DNA of 64,000 nt from Escherichia coli (GTDB lineage: Bacteria > Pseudomonadota > Gammaproteobacteria > Enterobacterales > Enterobacteriaceae): NCBI RefSeq assembly GCF_003334765.1, contig NZ_QOWT01000001.1. One strand, written 5' to 3'. The stretch's first letter is position 1. Each line of letters starts with the position of its first letter. Under the pieces are notes generated by a model. That model worked only from the letters and a program-made list of their open reading frames with translations. It was not told where the DNA came from and made no database searches. The position numbers and the translations under genes are program-made. Shown here one piece after another: positions 1 to 12,982 of this stretch.

Positions 1-1267
1 TGGTCAGTTTTTTCAGTGTGGCGTTAATACTGTCCTGTGCGCTATCAATAATGCCATCATCGGCAAGGTAACCTTTTACCTCGGTGGTAATTTTGGTGGT
101 AATTCCTGTTTCTTTACCATCGCCTACCAGCAATTCACGTACGGATGCTGTATTTTCATTCAGGACTTTTTTGAGTTTATCATCATCAATTTTCAGCTTA
201 CCCGTCGTGCCGTCCTGCTTAATCCCGATCTCGTTTAATGTTTTGAAGGCACCGTCGCTGGCACCGTTTGCAAATTGTGCGCGGATGCCGCTTTGAATTG
301 TACGTACAACGCTGTCTCCGAGAAGTGCACCATTATTTTTATCTTGTGCTTCAGCACCTGGGTCTACTTCTTTATATTTTGTCAGGGTGTTAAAGGTGTC
401 AATGAGGGAGTTATATGAATCCACCCAGCCTTTAATTGCTTCGGTTGCTTTATCGTTGCTTTTTGTCACCGTGACCCGGACGTCAGTGACTTTTTTGGTC
501 AAATCGAGAGTCACTCCCTGAGGAGCATCGGTAATTTTGTTACTTGAACGTTCAATATCGATACCGTTAACGTTTAGCTGTGCATTTTGCGCGTTAACCA
601 GTTCCTTCATATTCCCGGTGTTGGTCTTGCTGTCATAAGCCAGCAGATCATTTAATTTACTGTCACCCTCAACAGATATGGTCATTTTATTGGCCAGACC
701 TTCACTGGCGGTCAATACCAATTGATAGTCACCATCTTTGACTTTAACGATACTAGCGGAAATTCCACTATCGGCATCGTTAATGGCTTTGCTGATCTCA
801 CCCAATGACGTCTGATCTTTATTGAGCTTGATTTCCAGCGGCTCTTTACGGCCGTCTTGGGTAATTTTTATTGTGCGTGTATCTGATGACTCATCACCCA
901 GTGCATCTTTTGTTGATGCAATGATTGTCGGGGAATCAGTTCGTAAAGATTGCGCCTGCGCCAGTTGGGTTACGCTGATGGTATAGATACCGGGGGCAGC
1001 ACCTGCTTCGGTGGAAACTTTAAGGTCTTCATTGCTACTGGTAACGGTAGTGCTTTTGAACAGATCGGCTTTATTTAACGCAGTATTTGCAGTCTGGAAT
1101 TTTTCTAATGCACTTTTTAATGTGCCATAGGCTGTCAGACGTGCGGTATTGTCACTCTGTTGCTGAGTAATTGGGTTTAAGCGTTTTTTTTCAGCGATGG
1201 TCAGGTTGTTTAGCAATGTATCCAGCGGCAGATTCGAACCAACGCCAAGAGATGTAAATGAAGCCAT
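1..1267 (-). CDS. fliD: Flagellar filament capping protein FliD (HAP2), N-terminal ~420 codons; 3' end lies beyond window start
   Basis: Minus-strand reading frame from ATG at ~1265-1267 translates MASFTSLGVGSNLPLD...TAYGTLKSALEKFQTANTALNKADLF, FliD-like; divergent from fliC as in E. coli. Confidence 0.85.
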   Translation of the reverse strand, partial: MASFTSLGVGSNLPLDTLLNNLTIAEKKRLNPITQQQSDNTARLTAYGTLKSALEKFQTANTALNKADLFKSTTVTSSNEDLKVSTEAGAAPGIYTISVTQLAQAQSLRTDSPTIIASTKDALGDESSDTRTIKITQDGRKEPLEIKLNKDQTSLGEISKAINDADSGISASIVKVKDGDYQLVLTASEGLANKMTISVEGDSKLNDLLAYDSKTNTGNMKELVNAQNAQLNVNGIDIERSSNKITDAPQGVTLDLTKKVTDVRVTVTKSNDKATEAIKGWVDSYNSLIDTFNTLTKYKEVDPGAEAQDKNNGALLGDSVVRTIQSGIRAQFANGASDGAFKTLNEIGIKQDGTTGKLKIDDDKLKKVLNENTASVRELLVGDGKETGITTKITTEVKGYLADDGIIDSAQDSINATLKKLT

Positions 1268-1305
1268 ACCTAATTCCTTTTGATTGCAAACAGTAGATAA
1301 GCGGG

Positions 1306-1332
1306 TTATCGGCAATTTGTGCGCAAAGTTTA
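1306..1332 (-). promoter_or_regulatory. sigma-28 (FliA) class 3 promoter for fliD
   Basis: Minus strand reads TAAACTTT-N11-GCCGATAA, the sigma-28 consensus. Confidence 0.6.
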
Positions 1333-1425
1333 ATAGTTGATTCACGAAGATGATGCGCAGAGTAGAGTTGTATATTACGGATATTTCAGCCGTTAAGAAA
1401 AAACAGGAGAGAAACTAAAATTTTC

Positions 1426-1452
1426 TAAAGTTCGAAATTCAGGTGCCGATAC
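1426..1452 (+). promoter_or_regulatory. sigma-28 (FliA) class 3 promoter for fliC
   Basis: TAAAGTTC-N11-GCCGATAC about 70 nt upstream of fliC ATG. Confidence 0.65.
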
Positions 1453-1521
1453 AAGGGGTACGGTGAGAAACCGTGGGCAACAGCCCAATAACATCAAGTT
1501 GTAATTGATAAGGAAAAGATC

Positions 1522-3015
1522 ATGGCACAAGTCATTAATACAAACAGCCTGTCGCTGTTGACCCAGAATAACCTGAATAAATCTCAGTCTTCTCTGAGCT
1601 CCGCCATTGAACGTCTCTCTTCTAGCCTGCGTATTAACAGTGCTAAAGATGACGCAGCAGGTCAGGCGATTGCTAACCGTTTTACGGCAAATATTAAAGG
1701 TCTGACTCAGGCTTCCCGTAACGCGAATGATGGTATTTCTGTTGCGCAGACCACTGAAGGTGCGCTGAATGAAATTAACAACAACCTGCAGCGTATTCGT
1801 GAACTTTCTGTTCAGGCAACTAACGGTACTAACTCTGACAGTGACCTGACCTCCATCCAGTCCGAAATCCAGCAACGTCTGAGTGAAATTGACCGTGTTT
1901 CTGGTCAGACTCAGTTTAACGGCGTTAAAGTGCTGGCTTCTGATCAGGATATGACTATTCAGGTTGGTGCAAACGACGGCGAAACAATTACTATTAAACT
2001 GCAGGAAATTAATTCCGACACACTGGGATTATCTGGTTTTGGTATTAAAGATCCTACTAAATTAAAAGCCGCAACAGCTGAAACAACCTATTTTGGATCG
2101 ACAGTTAAGCTTGCTGACGCTAATACACTTGATGCAGATATTACAGCTACAGTTAAAGGCACTACGACTCCGGGCAAACGTGACGGTAATATTATGTCTG
2201 ATGCTAACGGTAAGTTGTACGTTAAAGTTGCCGGTTCAGATAAATCCCCTGAAAATGGTTATTATGAAGTTACTGTGGAGGATGATCCGACATCTCCTGA
2301 TGCAGGTAAGCTGAAGCTGGGGGCTCTAGCGGGTACCCAGCCTCAAGCAGGTAATTTAAAGGAAGTCACAACGGTGAAAGGGAAGGGGGCTATTGATGTT
2401 CAGTTGGGTACTGATACCGCAACCGCTTCTATCACAGGTGCAAAACTCTTTAAGTTAGAAGACGCTAATGGCAAAGATACTGGTTCATTTGCGTTGATTG
2501 GTGATGACGGTAAACAGTATGCAGCGAATGTTGATCAGAAAACAGGTGCAGTTTCCGTTAAAACAATGTCTTACACTGATGCTGACGGTGTCAAACACGA
2601 CAATGTTAAAGTTGAACTGGGTGGAAGCGATGGCAAAACCGAAGTTGTAACTGCAACCGATGGCAAAACTTACAGTGTTAGTGATTTACAAGGTAAGAGC
2701 CTGAAAACTGATTCTATTGCAGCAATTTCTACGCAGAAAACAGAAGATCCTTTGGCTGCTATCGATAAAGCACTGTCTCAGGTTGACTCGTTGCGTTCTA
2801 ACCTAGGTGCAATTCAAAACCGTTTCGACTCTGCCATCACCAACCTTGGCAACACCGTAAACAACCTGTCTTCTGCCCGTAGCCGTATCGAAGATGCTGA
2901 CTACGCGACCGAAGTGTCTAACATGTCTCGTGCGCAGATCCTGCAACAAGCAGGTACTTCTGTTCTGGCACAGGCTAACCAGACCACGCAGAACGTACTG
3001 TCTCTGCTGCGTTAA
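1522..3015 (+). CDS. fliC: Flagellin (H antigen); conserved N/C termini with a central region unlike K-12 H48
   Basis: 497 aa ORF; N-term MAQVINTNSLSLLTQNNLNK... and C-term ...SRIEDADYATEVSNMSRAQILQQAGTSVLAQANQ are flagellin D0/D1; RBS AGGAAAAGA upstream. Confidence 0.95.
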   Translation: MAQVINTNSLSLLTQNNLNKSQSSLSSAIERLSSSLRINSAKDDAAGQAIANRFTANIKGLTQASRNANDGISVAQTTEGALNEINNNLQRIRELSVQATNGTNSDSDLTSIQSEIQQRLSEIDRVSGQTQFNGVKVLASDQDMTIQVGANDGETITIKLQEINSDTLGLSGFGIKDPTKLKAATAETTYFGSTVKLADANTLDADITATVKGTTTPGKRDGNIMSDANGKLYVKVAGSDKSPENGYYEVTVEDDPTSPDAGKLKLGALAGTQPQAGNLKEVTTVKGKGAIDVQLGTDTATASITGAKLFKLEDANGKDTGSFALIGDDGKQYAANVDQKTGAVSVKTMSYTDADGVKHDNVKVELGGSDGKTEVVTATDGKTYSVSDLQGKSLKTDSIAAISTQKTEDPLAAIDKALSQVDSLRSNLGAIQNRFDSAITNLGNTVNNLSSARSRIEDADYATEVSNMSRAQILQQAGTSVLAQANQTTQNVLSLLR

Positions 3016-3059
3016 TCGCCGCTATATTCTGCCAAACCCCGCTCCGGCGGGGTTTTTTC
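2860..3059 (+). ncRNA. fliX: Possible FliX-type 3'UTR-derived sRNA from the fliC mRNA end (approximate bounds)
   Basis: Established knowledge that a sigma-28-dependent sRNA derives from the fliC 3' end; here only the terminator is visible in sequence. Confidence 0.25.
3035..3059 (+). terminator. Rho-independent terminator of fliC
   Basis: GC hairpin CCCCGCTCCGGCGGGG followed by T-run. Confidence 0.75.
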
Positions 3060-3119
3060 TACCCGGCAAATAGCCGTAACCCCCAAATAACCCCTCATTT
3101 CACCCACTAATCGTCCGAT

Positions 3120-3160
3120 TAAAAACCCTGCAGAAACGGATAATCATGCCGATAACTCAT
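3120..3160 (+). promoter_or_regulatory. fliA promoter region with GCCGATAA -10-like element
   Basis: GCCGATAA at ~3148-3155 just upstream of fliA GTG; the -35 is poor, so the exact promoter is uncertain. Confidence 0.3.
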
Positions 3161-3180
3161 ATAACGCAGGGCTGTTTATC

Positions 3181-3900
3181 GTGAATTCACTCTATACCGC
3201 TGAAGGTGTAATGGATAAACACTCGCTGTGGCAGCGTTATGTCCCGCTGGTGCGTCACGAAGCATTGCGCCTGCAGGTTCGACTGCCCGCGAGCGTGGAA
3301 CTTGACGATCTGCTACAGGCGGGCGGCATTGGGTTACTTAATGCCGTCGAACGCTATGACGCTCTACAAGGAACGGCATTTACAACTTACGCAGTGCAGC
3401 GTATTCGTGGCGCTATGCTGGATGAACTTCGCAGCCGTGACTGGGTGCCGCGCAGCGTGCGTCGCAACGCGCGTGAAGTGGCACAGGCAATAGGGCAACT
3501 GGAGCAGGAACTTGGCCGCAACGCCACGGAAACTGAGGTTGCGGAACGTTTAGGGATCGATATTGCCGATTATCGCCAAATGTTGCTCGACACCAATAAC
3601 AGCCAGCTCTTCTCCTACGATGAGTGGCGCGAAGAGCACGGCGATAGCATCGAACTGGTTACTGATGATCATCAGCGAGAAAACCCGCTACAACAACTGC
3701 TGGACAGTAATCTGCGCCAGCGGGTGATGGAAGCCATCGAAACGTTGCCGGAGCGCGAAAAACTGGTATTAACCCTCTATTATCAGGAAGAGCTGAATCT
3801 CAAAGAGATTGGTGCGGTGCTGGAGGTCGGGGAATCGCGGGTCAGTCAGTTACACAGCCAGGCTATTAAACGGTTACGCACTAAACTGGGTAAGTTATAA
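3181..3900 (+). CDS. fliA: RNA polymerase sigma-28 factor FliA
   Basis: 239 aa, GTG start; MNSLYTAEGVMDKHSLWQRYVPLVRHEALRL... sigma-70 family regions 2-4. Confidence 0.95.
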   Translation: MNSLYTAEGVMDKHSLWQRYVPLVRHEALRLQVRLPASVELDDLLQAGGIGLLNAVERYDALQGTAFTTYAVQRIRGAMLDELRSRDWVPRSVRRNAREVAQAIGQLEQELGRNATETEVAERLGIDIADYRQMLLDTNNSQLFSYDEWREEHGDSIELVTDDHQRENPLQQLLDSNLRQRVMEAIETLPEREKLVLTLYYQEELNLKEIGAVLEVGESRVSQLHSQAIKRLRTKLGKL

Positions 3901-3945
3901 CGTCAGTAAATGCCGCACTTTAATTTTGACTACCAGGAGTTCTTA

Positions 3946-4497
3946 ATGATGGTGCAGCACCTGAAAAGACGGCCATTAAGCCGCTATCTTAAAGACTTTA
4001 AACACAGCCAGACCCATTGCGCGCATTGCCGTAAATTACTCGATCGCATTACCTTAGTTCGCGACGGCAAAATAGTGAATAAAATCGAGATTTCCCGCCT
4101 GGACACGCTGCTTGATGAAAATGGCTGGCAAGTGGAACAACAATCATGGGCGGCATTGTGCCGATTTTGCGGTGATTTACATTGCAAAACGCAGAGTAAT
4201 TTTTTCGATATTATCGGCTTTAAGCAATTTCTTTTTGAGCAAACTGAAATGAGCCCTGGTACGGTGCGTGAATATGTCGTTCGTCTGCGCCGTTTGGGGA
4301 ATCATCTACACGAGCAAAATATTTCCCTCGCTCAGCTGCAGGACGGTTTCCTTGATGAAATCCTCGCCCCGTGGCTGCCCACCACCAGCACCAACAATTA
4401 CCGCATCGCGTTACGGAAGTATCAACACTATCAGCGTCAAACGTGTACCGGACTTGTGCAGAAATCCTCCAGCCAACCTGCTTCTGATATATATTAA
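3946..4497 (+). CDS. fliZ: Flagellar regulator FliZ
   Basis: 183 aa from MMVQHLKRRPLSRYLKDF...; the ORF-track frame extends 12 codons upstream, internal start chosen by homology. Confidence 0.9.
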   Translation: MMVQHLKRRPLSRYLKDFKHSQTHCAHCRKLLDRITLVRDGKIVNKIEISRLDTLLDENGWQVEQQSWAALCRFCGDLHCKTQSNFFDIIGFKQFLFEQTEMSPGTVREYVVRLRRLGNHLHEQNISLAQLQDGFLDEILAPWLPTTSTNNYRIALRKYQHYQRQTCTGLVQKSSSQPASDIY

Positions 4498-4584
4498 ATA
4501 AGAATAAGATGTAGCGGAGTTGTTTTTGTGTTTACAAACAATGGCTCTACACTGCAAACAGACATAACAACATTCGGGGTAAAT

Positions 4585-6476
<1,892 letters not shown>

Positions 6477-6490
6477 CTCCGGGAACGCTC

Positions 6491-7159
6491 ATGCAAGAAA
6501 GTATACAACTGGTTATTGATTCCTTGCCGTTCCTGTTGAAAGGGGCTGGGTATACTCTGCAACTCAGTATCGGCGGCATGTTTTTTGGCTTACTACTCGG
6601 ATTTATTCTCGCGCTGATGCGCCTGTCGCCAATCTGGCCCGTGCGCTGGCTGGCGCGTTTTTATATCTCTATTTTTCGTGGTACGCCGCTCATCGCACAA
6701 CTGTTTATGATCTATTACGGCCTGCCGCAGTTTGGTATCGAATTAGATCCCATTCCGTCAGCAATGATTGGTCTGTCGCTGAACACTGCCGCCTATGCCG
6801 CCGAAACGCTGCGCGCCGCCATTTCTTCTATTGATAAAGGTCAGTGGGAAGCCGCTGCCAGTATTGGTATGACGCCGTGGCAGACCATGCGTCGCGCGAT
6901 TTTGCCACAGGCGGCGCGGGTGGCGTTGCCGCCGCTGTCGAACAGCTTTATCAGTCTGGTAAAAGATACGTCGCTGGCCGCGACAATCCAGGTGCCGGAG
7001 CTGTTCCGTCAGGCGCAGTTGATTACCTCGCGCACGCTGGAGGTGTTCACCATGTACCTGGCGGCTTCGCTCATCTACTGGATCATGGCGACTGTGTTAT
7101 CGACGTTGCAGAACCATTTTGAGAATCAACTTAATCGCCAGGAGAGAGAACCAAAATGA
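6491..7159 (+). CDS. tcyL: Cystine ABC transporter permease
   Basis: 222 aa polar amino-acid ABC permease; stop overlaps tcyN start. Confidence 0.92.
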   Translation: MQESIQLVIDSLPFLLKGAGYTLQLSIGGMFFGLLLGFILALMRLSPIWPVRWLARFYISIFRGTPLIAQLFMIYYGLPQFGIELDPIPSAMIGLSLNTAAYAAETLRAAISSIDKGQWEAAASIGMTPWQTMRRAILPQAARVALPPLSNSFISLVKDTSLAATIQVPELFRQAQLITSRTLEVFTMYLAASLIYWIMATVLSTLQNHFENQLNRQEREPK

Positions 7160-7908
7160 GTGCCATTGAAGTTAAGAACCTGGTGAAAAAATTTCACGGT
7201 CAGACGGTGCTGCACGGTATCGACCTCGAGGTAAAGCCTGGCGAAGTGGTGGCAATTATCGGTCCGAGTGGTTCCGGCAAAACCACGTTGCTACGCAGCA
7301 TAAATCTGCTGGAACAACCGGAAGCGGGAACGATCACCGTTGGCGATATCACTATTGATACTGCACGTTCATTAAGTCAGCAAAAATCGCTGATTCGCCA
7401 GTTGCGTCAGCACGTCGGGTTTGTCTTCCAGAACTTTAATTTGTTTCCGCATCGTACGGTGCTGGAAAACATTATTGAAGGGCCGGTGATCGTCAAAGGC
7501 GAACCGAAAGAAGAGGCCACGGCGCGCGCTCGCGAGCTGCTGGCGAAAGTTGGGCTGGCCGGTAAAGAAACCAGCTATCCACGTCGTTTGTCTGGCGGTC
7601 AACAGCAGCGTGTAGCGATTGCGCGTGCGCTGGCAATGCGTCCTGAGGTGATTTTGTTTGACGAGCCAACGTCAGCGCTGGATCCAGAGCTGGTGGGCGA
7701 AGTCCTGAACACAATCCGCCAGCTGGCGCAGGAAAAGCGCACGATGGTGATTGTGACGCACGAAATGAGCTTTGCCCGGGATGTTGCGGACCGGGCGATT
7801 TTTATGGACCAGGGGCGGATAGTCGAGCAGGGGGCAGCAAAAGCGTTATTTGCTGATCCCCAGCAGCCTCGCACCCGCCAGTTCCTCGAGAAGTTTCTGC
7901 TGCAATAA
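7156..7908 (+). CDS. tcyN: Cystine ABC transporter ATP-binding protein
   Basis: 250 aa; Walker A GPSGSGKTT, ABC signature LSGGQQQR. Confidence 0.93.
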   Translation: MSAIEVKNLVKKFHGQTVLHGIDLEVKPGEVVAIIGPSGSGKTTLLRSINLLEQPEAGTITVGDITIDTARSLSQQKSLIRQLRQHVGFVFQNFNLFPHRTVLENIIEGPVIVKGEPKEEATARARELLAKVGLAGKETSYPRRLSGGQQQRVAIARALAMRPEVILFDEPTSALDPELVGEVLNTIRQLAQEKRTMVIVTHEMSFARDVADRAIFMDQGRIVEQGAAKALFADPQQPRTRQFLEKFLLQ

Positions 7909-8137
7909 TAAGAAAAAATCAGCCCCGACGATTCACCTGTCGGGGCGGGACGCCATTTCAAGCCTGATAAAACTGCTTAACAAATCAGCATAACTCATTA
8001 ATAACATAAGAGAATGCTATGGCTTGCAAAAGTAATTCATTGCCTGAATAATATAAATTATATATAAATCTTATTTATGTGATAGTTTGAATTATCATTA
8101 TAAATGATACTCACTCTCAGGGGCGTTGCGGTTTACT

Positions 8138-8860
8138 ATGCAGGATACGGATTTTTTCAGCTGGCGTCGCACGATGCTGTTGCGTTTTCAGAGGATGGAG
8201 ACCGCAGAAGAGGTCTACCATGAAATTGAGCTTCAGGCTCAGCAGCTGGAGTACGATTACTATTCGTTATGTGTCCGCCACCCGGTACCATTCACTCGAC
8301 CTAAAGTGGCTTTCTACACCAATTACCCTGAGGCGTGGGTTAGTTATTATCAGGCAAAAAACTTTCTCGCAATTGATCCGGTGCTGAACCCTGAAAACTT
8401 TAGTCAGGGCCATCTAATGTGGAATGATGACTTATTCAACGAAGCACAGCCGTTATGGGAAGCCGCGCGCGCACATGGTTTACGCCGCGGTGTCACTCAG
8501 TATTTAATGCTGCCAAACCGGGCGCTGGGCTTTTTGTCCTTTTCCCGTTGCAGCGCGCGCGAAATACCCATTCTTAGTGATGAACTGCAATTAAAAATGC
8601 AGTTACTGGTGCGCGAAAGTCTGATGGCTCTGATGCGTTTAAATGATGAAATAGTGATGACGCCAGAGATGAATTTCAGCAAGCGCGAAAAAGAAATTTT
8701 GAAATGGACGGCGGAAGGGAAGACATCAGCAGAGATAGCGATGATTTTGTCAATCTCTGAGAATACGGTCAATTTCCATCAGAAAAACATGCAGAAAAAA
8801 ATCAATGCACCAAATAAGACCCAGGTGGCCTGTTACGCGGCCGCTACTGGCTTAATTTGA
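8138..8860 (+). CDS. sdiA: LuxR-family quorum-sensing regulator SdiA
   Basis: 240 aa MQDTDFFSWRRTMLLRFQRMETAEEVYHEI...; C-terminal LuxR HTH. Confidence 0.93.
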   Translation: MQDTDFFSWRRTMLLRFQRMETAEEVYHEIELQAQQLEYDYYSLCVRHPVPFTRPKVAFYTNYPEAWVSYYQAKNFLAIDPVLNPENFSQGHLMWNDDLFNEAQPLWEAARAHGLRRGVTQYLMLPNRALGFLSFSRCSAREIPILSDELQLKMQLLVRESLMALMRLNDEIVMTPEMNFSKREKEILKWTAEGKTSAEIAMILSISENTVNFHQKNMQKKINAPNKTQVACYAAATGLI

Positions 8861-8888
8861 TCTCTTTTCTGTTCTGCGTGCCAGATGC

Positions 8889-8923
8889 AAAAACCGGCTG
8901 AAAGGCACGCTCTCAGCCGGTTT
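8889..8923. terminator. Bidirectional hairpin terminator between convergent sdiA and yecF
   Basis: AAAACCGGCTGA...TCAGCCGGTTTT inverted repeat with flanking A/T runs. Confidence 0.6.
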
Positions 8924-8927
8924 TATA

Positions 8928-9152
8928 TTACTGACGGTAGGCTTGTTTAATTTGCTTAACCGTTTTGGAAAATACTGCAGCCTGGGTTTCGTCTTCGATC
9001 AGCGCAAGCTGTTTTTCCATCTTTAACATCACGCGGCCCGCGTCAGCTTGTCCCATCGCCTGCAGCATCAGCGTCAGCATCGCTTTCAGGCAGGAGACTT
9101 CATTTGCCAGTTCTTGATTATTCTCGGCAGTAGAAAAATCAGGCGTACTCAT
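8928..9152 (-). CDS. yecF: Uncharacterized protein YecF (DUF2594)
   Basis: 74 aa [55 protein letters not shown]... Confidence 0.85.
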
Positions 9153-9610
9153 TTATTTTCCTCGTCATGTTGCAATGAAAATTTGCGGTGAAAAATGTTA
9201 AGGCGGCGGAGTATACCATAAGCTTTGCTAAAAATAGCAGTGGTTGTTTTTTGAGCGTGATATCGGCAGTGCTATAAAATACGTTAATATAATGACCAAT
9301 AAATATTTTTATCATGAATGTTTTTTGCCCGTATTGTTCGGGTTAATTAATGTTACATATTCAGCGGGCTGATTTTCATTTTTGCTGAATAAAGGTAATT
9401 TTTGTCACATTTCGTCGCAGGGCTTACTGTGAAACGATCCGGTAAGCCGTTGGTGACGGGCGTGACCATAACTGTGGACAATCGAATTGACAAAAACGAG
9501 AGAAAAATCGAATACCCACCATTTTTAACGTTTCAAAGTTGCAATAAAAACCGCTAATATACGAATGACTAACTATCAGTAGCGTTATCCCTATTTCTGG
9601 AGATATTCCT

Positions 9611-10267
9611 TTGATCAACGTTCTACTTGTTGATGACCACGAACTGGTGCGCGCAGGGATACGACGCATTCTGGAAGATATAAAGGGTATTAAAGTCGTC
9701 GGTGAGGCATCGTGCGGTGAAGACGCCGTTAAGTGGTGCCGGACAAATGCCGTTGACGTGGTGCTAATGGACATGAGTATGCCGGGCATTGGCGGTCTTG
9801 AGGCGACGCGTAAAATCGCGCGTTCCACAGCTGATGTCAAAATCATCATGCTTACCGTCCATACAGAAAACCCTTTACCAGCTAAAGTCATGCAGGCCGG
9901 TGCTGCGGGCTACCTCAGCAAAGGCGCGGCTCCGCAGGAAGTCGTGAGTGCGATTCGTTCTGTCTATTCAGGGCAGCGTTACATTGCTTCTGACATCGCT
10001 CAACAAATGGCGTTAAGCCAGATCGAACCAGAAAAAACAGAAAGCCCATTTGCCAGTTTGTCTGAACGTGAATTGCAGATTATGCTGATGATCACCAAGG
10101 GCCAGAAGGTCAATGAGATCTCAGAACAGCTCAATCTCAGTCCGAAAACGGTGAACAGCTACCGCTATCGTATGTTCAGTAAACTAAACATTCATGGCGA
10201 TGTTGAGCTGACTCACCTGGCAATTCGCCATGGTCTGTGTAATGCGGAGACATTATCAAGTCAGTGA
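9611..10267 (+). CDS. uvrY: Two-component response regulator UvrY (BarA partner)
   Basis: 218 aa, TTG start; [30 protein letters not shown]...; receiver plus LuxR HTH. Confidence 0.93.
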
Positions 10268-12096
10268 GTGATCAGTTTGACGCAAAAGCGTTTTTAAAAA
10301 CCGTAACCAGCCAGCCAGGCGTTTATCGCATGTACGATGCTGGTGGTACGGTTATCTATGTCGGCAAAGCGAAAGACCTGAAAAAACGGCTTTCCAGCTA
10401 TTTCCGTAGCAACCTCGCTTCGCGCAAAACCGAAGCGCTGGTCGCCCAGATTCAGCAAATTGATGTAACGGTTACTCATACAGAAACCGAAGCGCTGTTG
10501 CTGGAACACAACTACATCAAACTCTATCAGCCGCGTTACAACGTTTTGCTACGCGATGATAAATCTTATCCTTTTATCTTCCTGAGTGGCGATACCCACC
10601 CGCGTCTGGCGATGCATCGTGGTGCGAAGCATGCCAAAGGTGAATATTTCGGCCCGTTCCCGAATGGCTATGCCGTACGTGAAACTCTGGCGCTACTGCA
10701 AAAGATTTTCCCCATTCGCCAGTGCGAAAATAGTGTTTATCGCAATCGCTCGCGTCCGTGTCTGCAATATCAGATAGGGCGCTGTCTGGGACCGTGCGTT
10801 GAAGGACTGGTGAGTGAAGAAGAATACGCTCAGCAGGTCGAGTATGTGCGCCTGTTTTTGTCTGGCAAAGATGATCAGGTGCTTACGCAACTCATTAGCC
10901 GTATGGAAACTGCCAGTCAGAATCTGGAGTTTGAAGAAGCGGCACGTATTCGCGACCAAATTCAGGCGGTGCGACGCGTCACCGAAAAACAATTCGTTTC
11001 CAATACCGGCGACGACCTTGACGTTATTGGTGTGGCGTTCGATGCGGGCATGGCTTGTGTCCACGTATTGTTCATTCGTCAGGGCAAAGTGCTCGGCAGC
11101 CGCAGCTATTTCCCGAAAGTGCCTGGCGGTACGGAACTGAGCGAGGTGGTAGAAACCTTCGTAGGTCAGTTCTATTTACAAGGCAGCCAGATGCGCACCT
11201 TACCGGGTGAGATCCTGCTCGATTTTAATCTTAGCGATAAAACGCTGCTCGCCGATTCCCTTTCAGAACTGGCGGGACGCAAGATTAATGTTCAAACCAA
11301 ACCTCGCGGCGATAGGGCGCGTTATCTGAAACTCGCGCGCACCAATGCGGCGACGGCCTTAACCAGCAAACTTTCGCAGCAATCTACCGTTCACCAGCGG
11401 CTGACCGCGCTTGCCAGCGTGTTGAAATTGCCGGAAGTGAAGCGGATGGAGTGCTTTGACATCAGCCATACCATGGGCGAACAAACCGTCGCTTCCTGTG
11501 TGGTGTTTGATGCTAACGGCCCGCTGCGTGCGGAGTATCGGCGCTATAACATTACAGGCATCACGCCGGGCGATGATTATGCGGCGATGAATCAGGTGCT
11601 GCGTCGGCGTTATGGTAAAGCCATTGACGACAGTAAGATCCCGGATGTGATCCTTATCGACGGCGGCAAAGGCCAGCTTGCGCAGGCGAAAAATGTCTTC
11701 GCCGAACTGGATGTCTCATGGGATAAAAATCATCCGCTGCTACTTGGCGTTGCCAAAGGTGCAGATCGTAAGGCTGGACTGGAAACGCTGTTCTTTGAGC
11801 CGGAAGGTGAGGGATTTAGTTTGCCGCCAGATTCACCCGCGCTGCATGTTATCCAGCATATTCGCGATGAATCACATGATCACGCGATTGGCGGGCACCG
11901 TAAAAAACGGGCGAAAGTCAAAAATACCAGTTCCCTGGAAACCATTGAAGGCGTCGGGCCAAAACGTCGGCAAATGTTGTTGAAATATATGGGCGGTTTG
12001 CAAGGTTTACGTAACGCCAGCGTCGAGGAAATTGCAAAAGTGCCGGGTATTTCGCAAGGTCTGGCAGAAAAGATCTTCTGGTCGTTGAAACATTGA
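10264..12096 (+). CDS. uvrC: Excinuclease ABC subunit C
   Basis: 610 aa, GTG start overlapping uvrY stop; GIY-YIG N-terminus ([23 protein letters not shown]). Confidence 0.95.
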
Positions 12097-12152
12097 TGTC
12101 TCTGTAGCAACATAGGGGTAATCTTACTGACAACAGATAGTTACCCGTCATT

Positions 12153-12701
12153 ATGCAATTTAATATCCCTACGTTGCTTACACTGTTCCGTGTCATCCTT
12201 ATCCCATTCTTTGTATTGGTCTTTTATCTGCCTGTCACCTGGTCGCCGTTTGCCGCCGCGCTCATTTTCTGCGTCGCGGCGGTGACTGACTGGTTCGATG
12301 GTTTTCTGGCACGCCGCTGGAACCAGAGTACCCGGTTTGGTGCTTTCCTTGACCCTGTAGCAGATAAAGTTCTCGTGGCTATCGCCATGGTGCTGGTAAC
12401 CGAGCATTATCACAGCTGGTGGGTGACCCTACCGGCGGCAACGATGATCGCCCGTGAAATTATTATTTCTGCGCTACGCGAATGGATGGCGGAGTTGGGT
12501 AAACGCAGTAGCGTGGCTGTCTCCTGGATTGGGAAAGTGAAAACCACTGCCCAGATGGTGGCGTTGGCCTGGCTGCTGTGGCGTCCGAACATTTGGGTTG
12601 AGTACGCCGGTATTGCACTTTTCTTTGTGGCTGCGGTACTGACTCTGTGGTCAATGTTGCAATATTTGAGCGCTGCGCGTGCAGATTTGCTTGATCAGTG
12701 A
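12153..12701 (+). CDS. pgsA: CDP-diacylglycerol--glycerol-3-phosphate 3-phosphatidyltransferase
   Basis: 182 aa [27 protein letters not shown]...; CDP-alcohol phosphatidyltransferase motif. Confidence 0.93.
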
Positions 12702-12852
12702 TCGTTTCGGCGCAATTTTCAGCAAACGATCAAAAGTGGTGAAAAATATCGTTGACTCATCGCGCCAGGTAAGTAGAATGCAACGCATCGAACGGCGGCA
12801 CTGATTGCCAGACGATAATAAAATCAAGTGATTAACTGATTGCTTGATGAAT

Positions 12853-12928
<76 letters not shown>

Positions 12929-12982
12929 GTTTAAAAGACATCGGCCTCAAGCGGATGTCTGGCTGAAAGGCCTGAAGAATTT

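Noticed and set aside
9424-9891. 155-aa minus-strand ORF overlapping the uvrY promoter and 5' end
   Set aside because: Overlaps the conserved uvrY start; no RBS and no known homolog pattern.
12415-12422. Chi sites (GCTGGTGG), also at ~21510, ~29932, ~38302, ~38584 and ~39319
   Set aside because: Expected frequency for E. coli core genome; no special arrangement noted.
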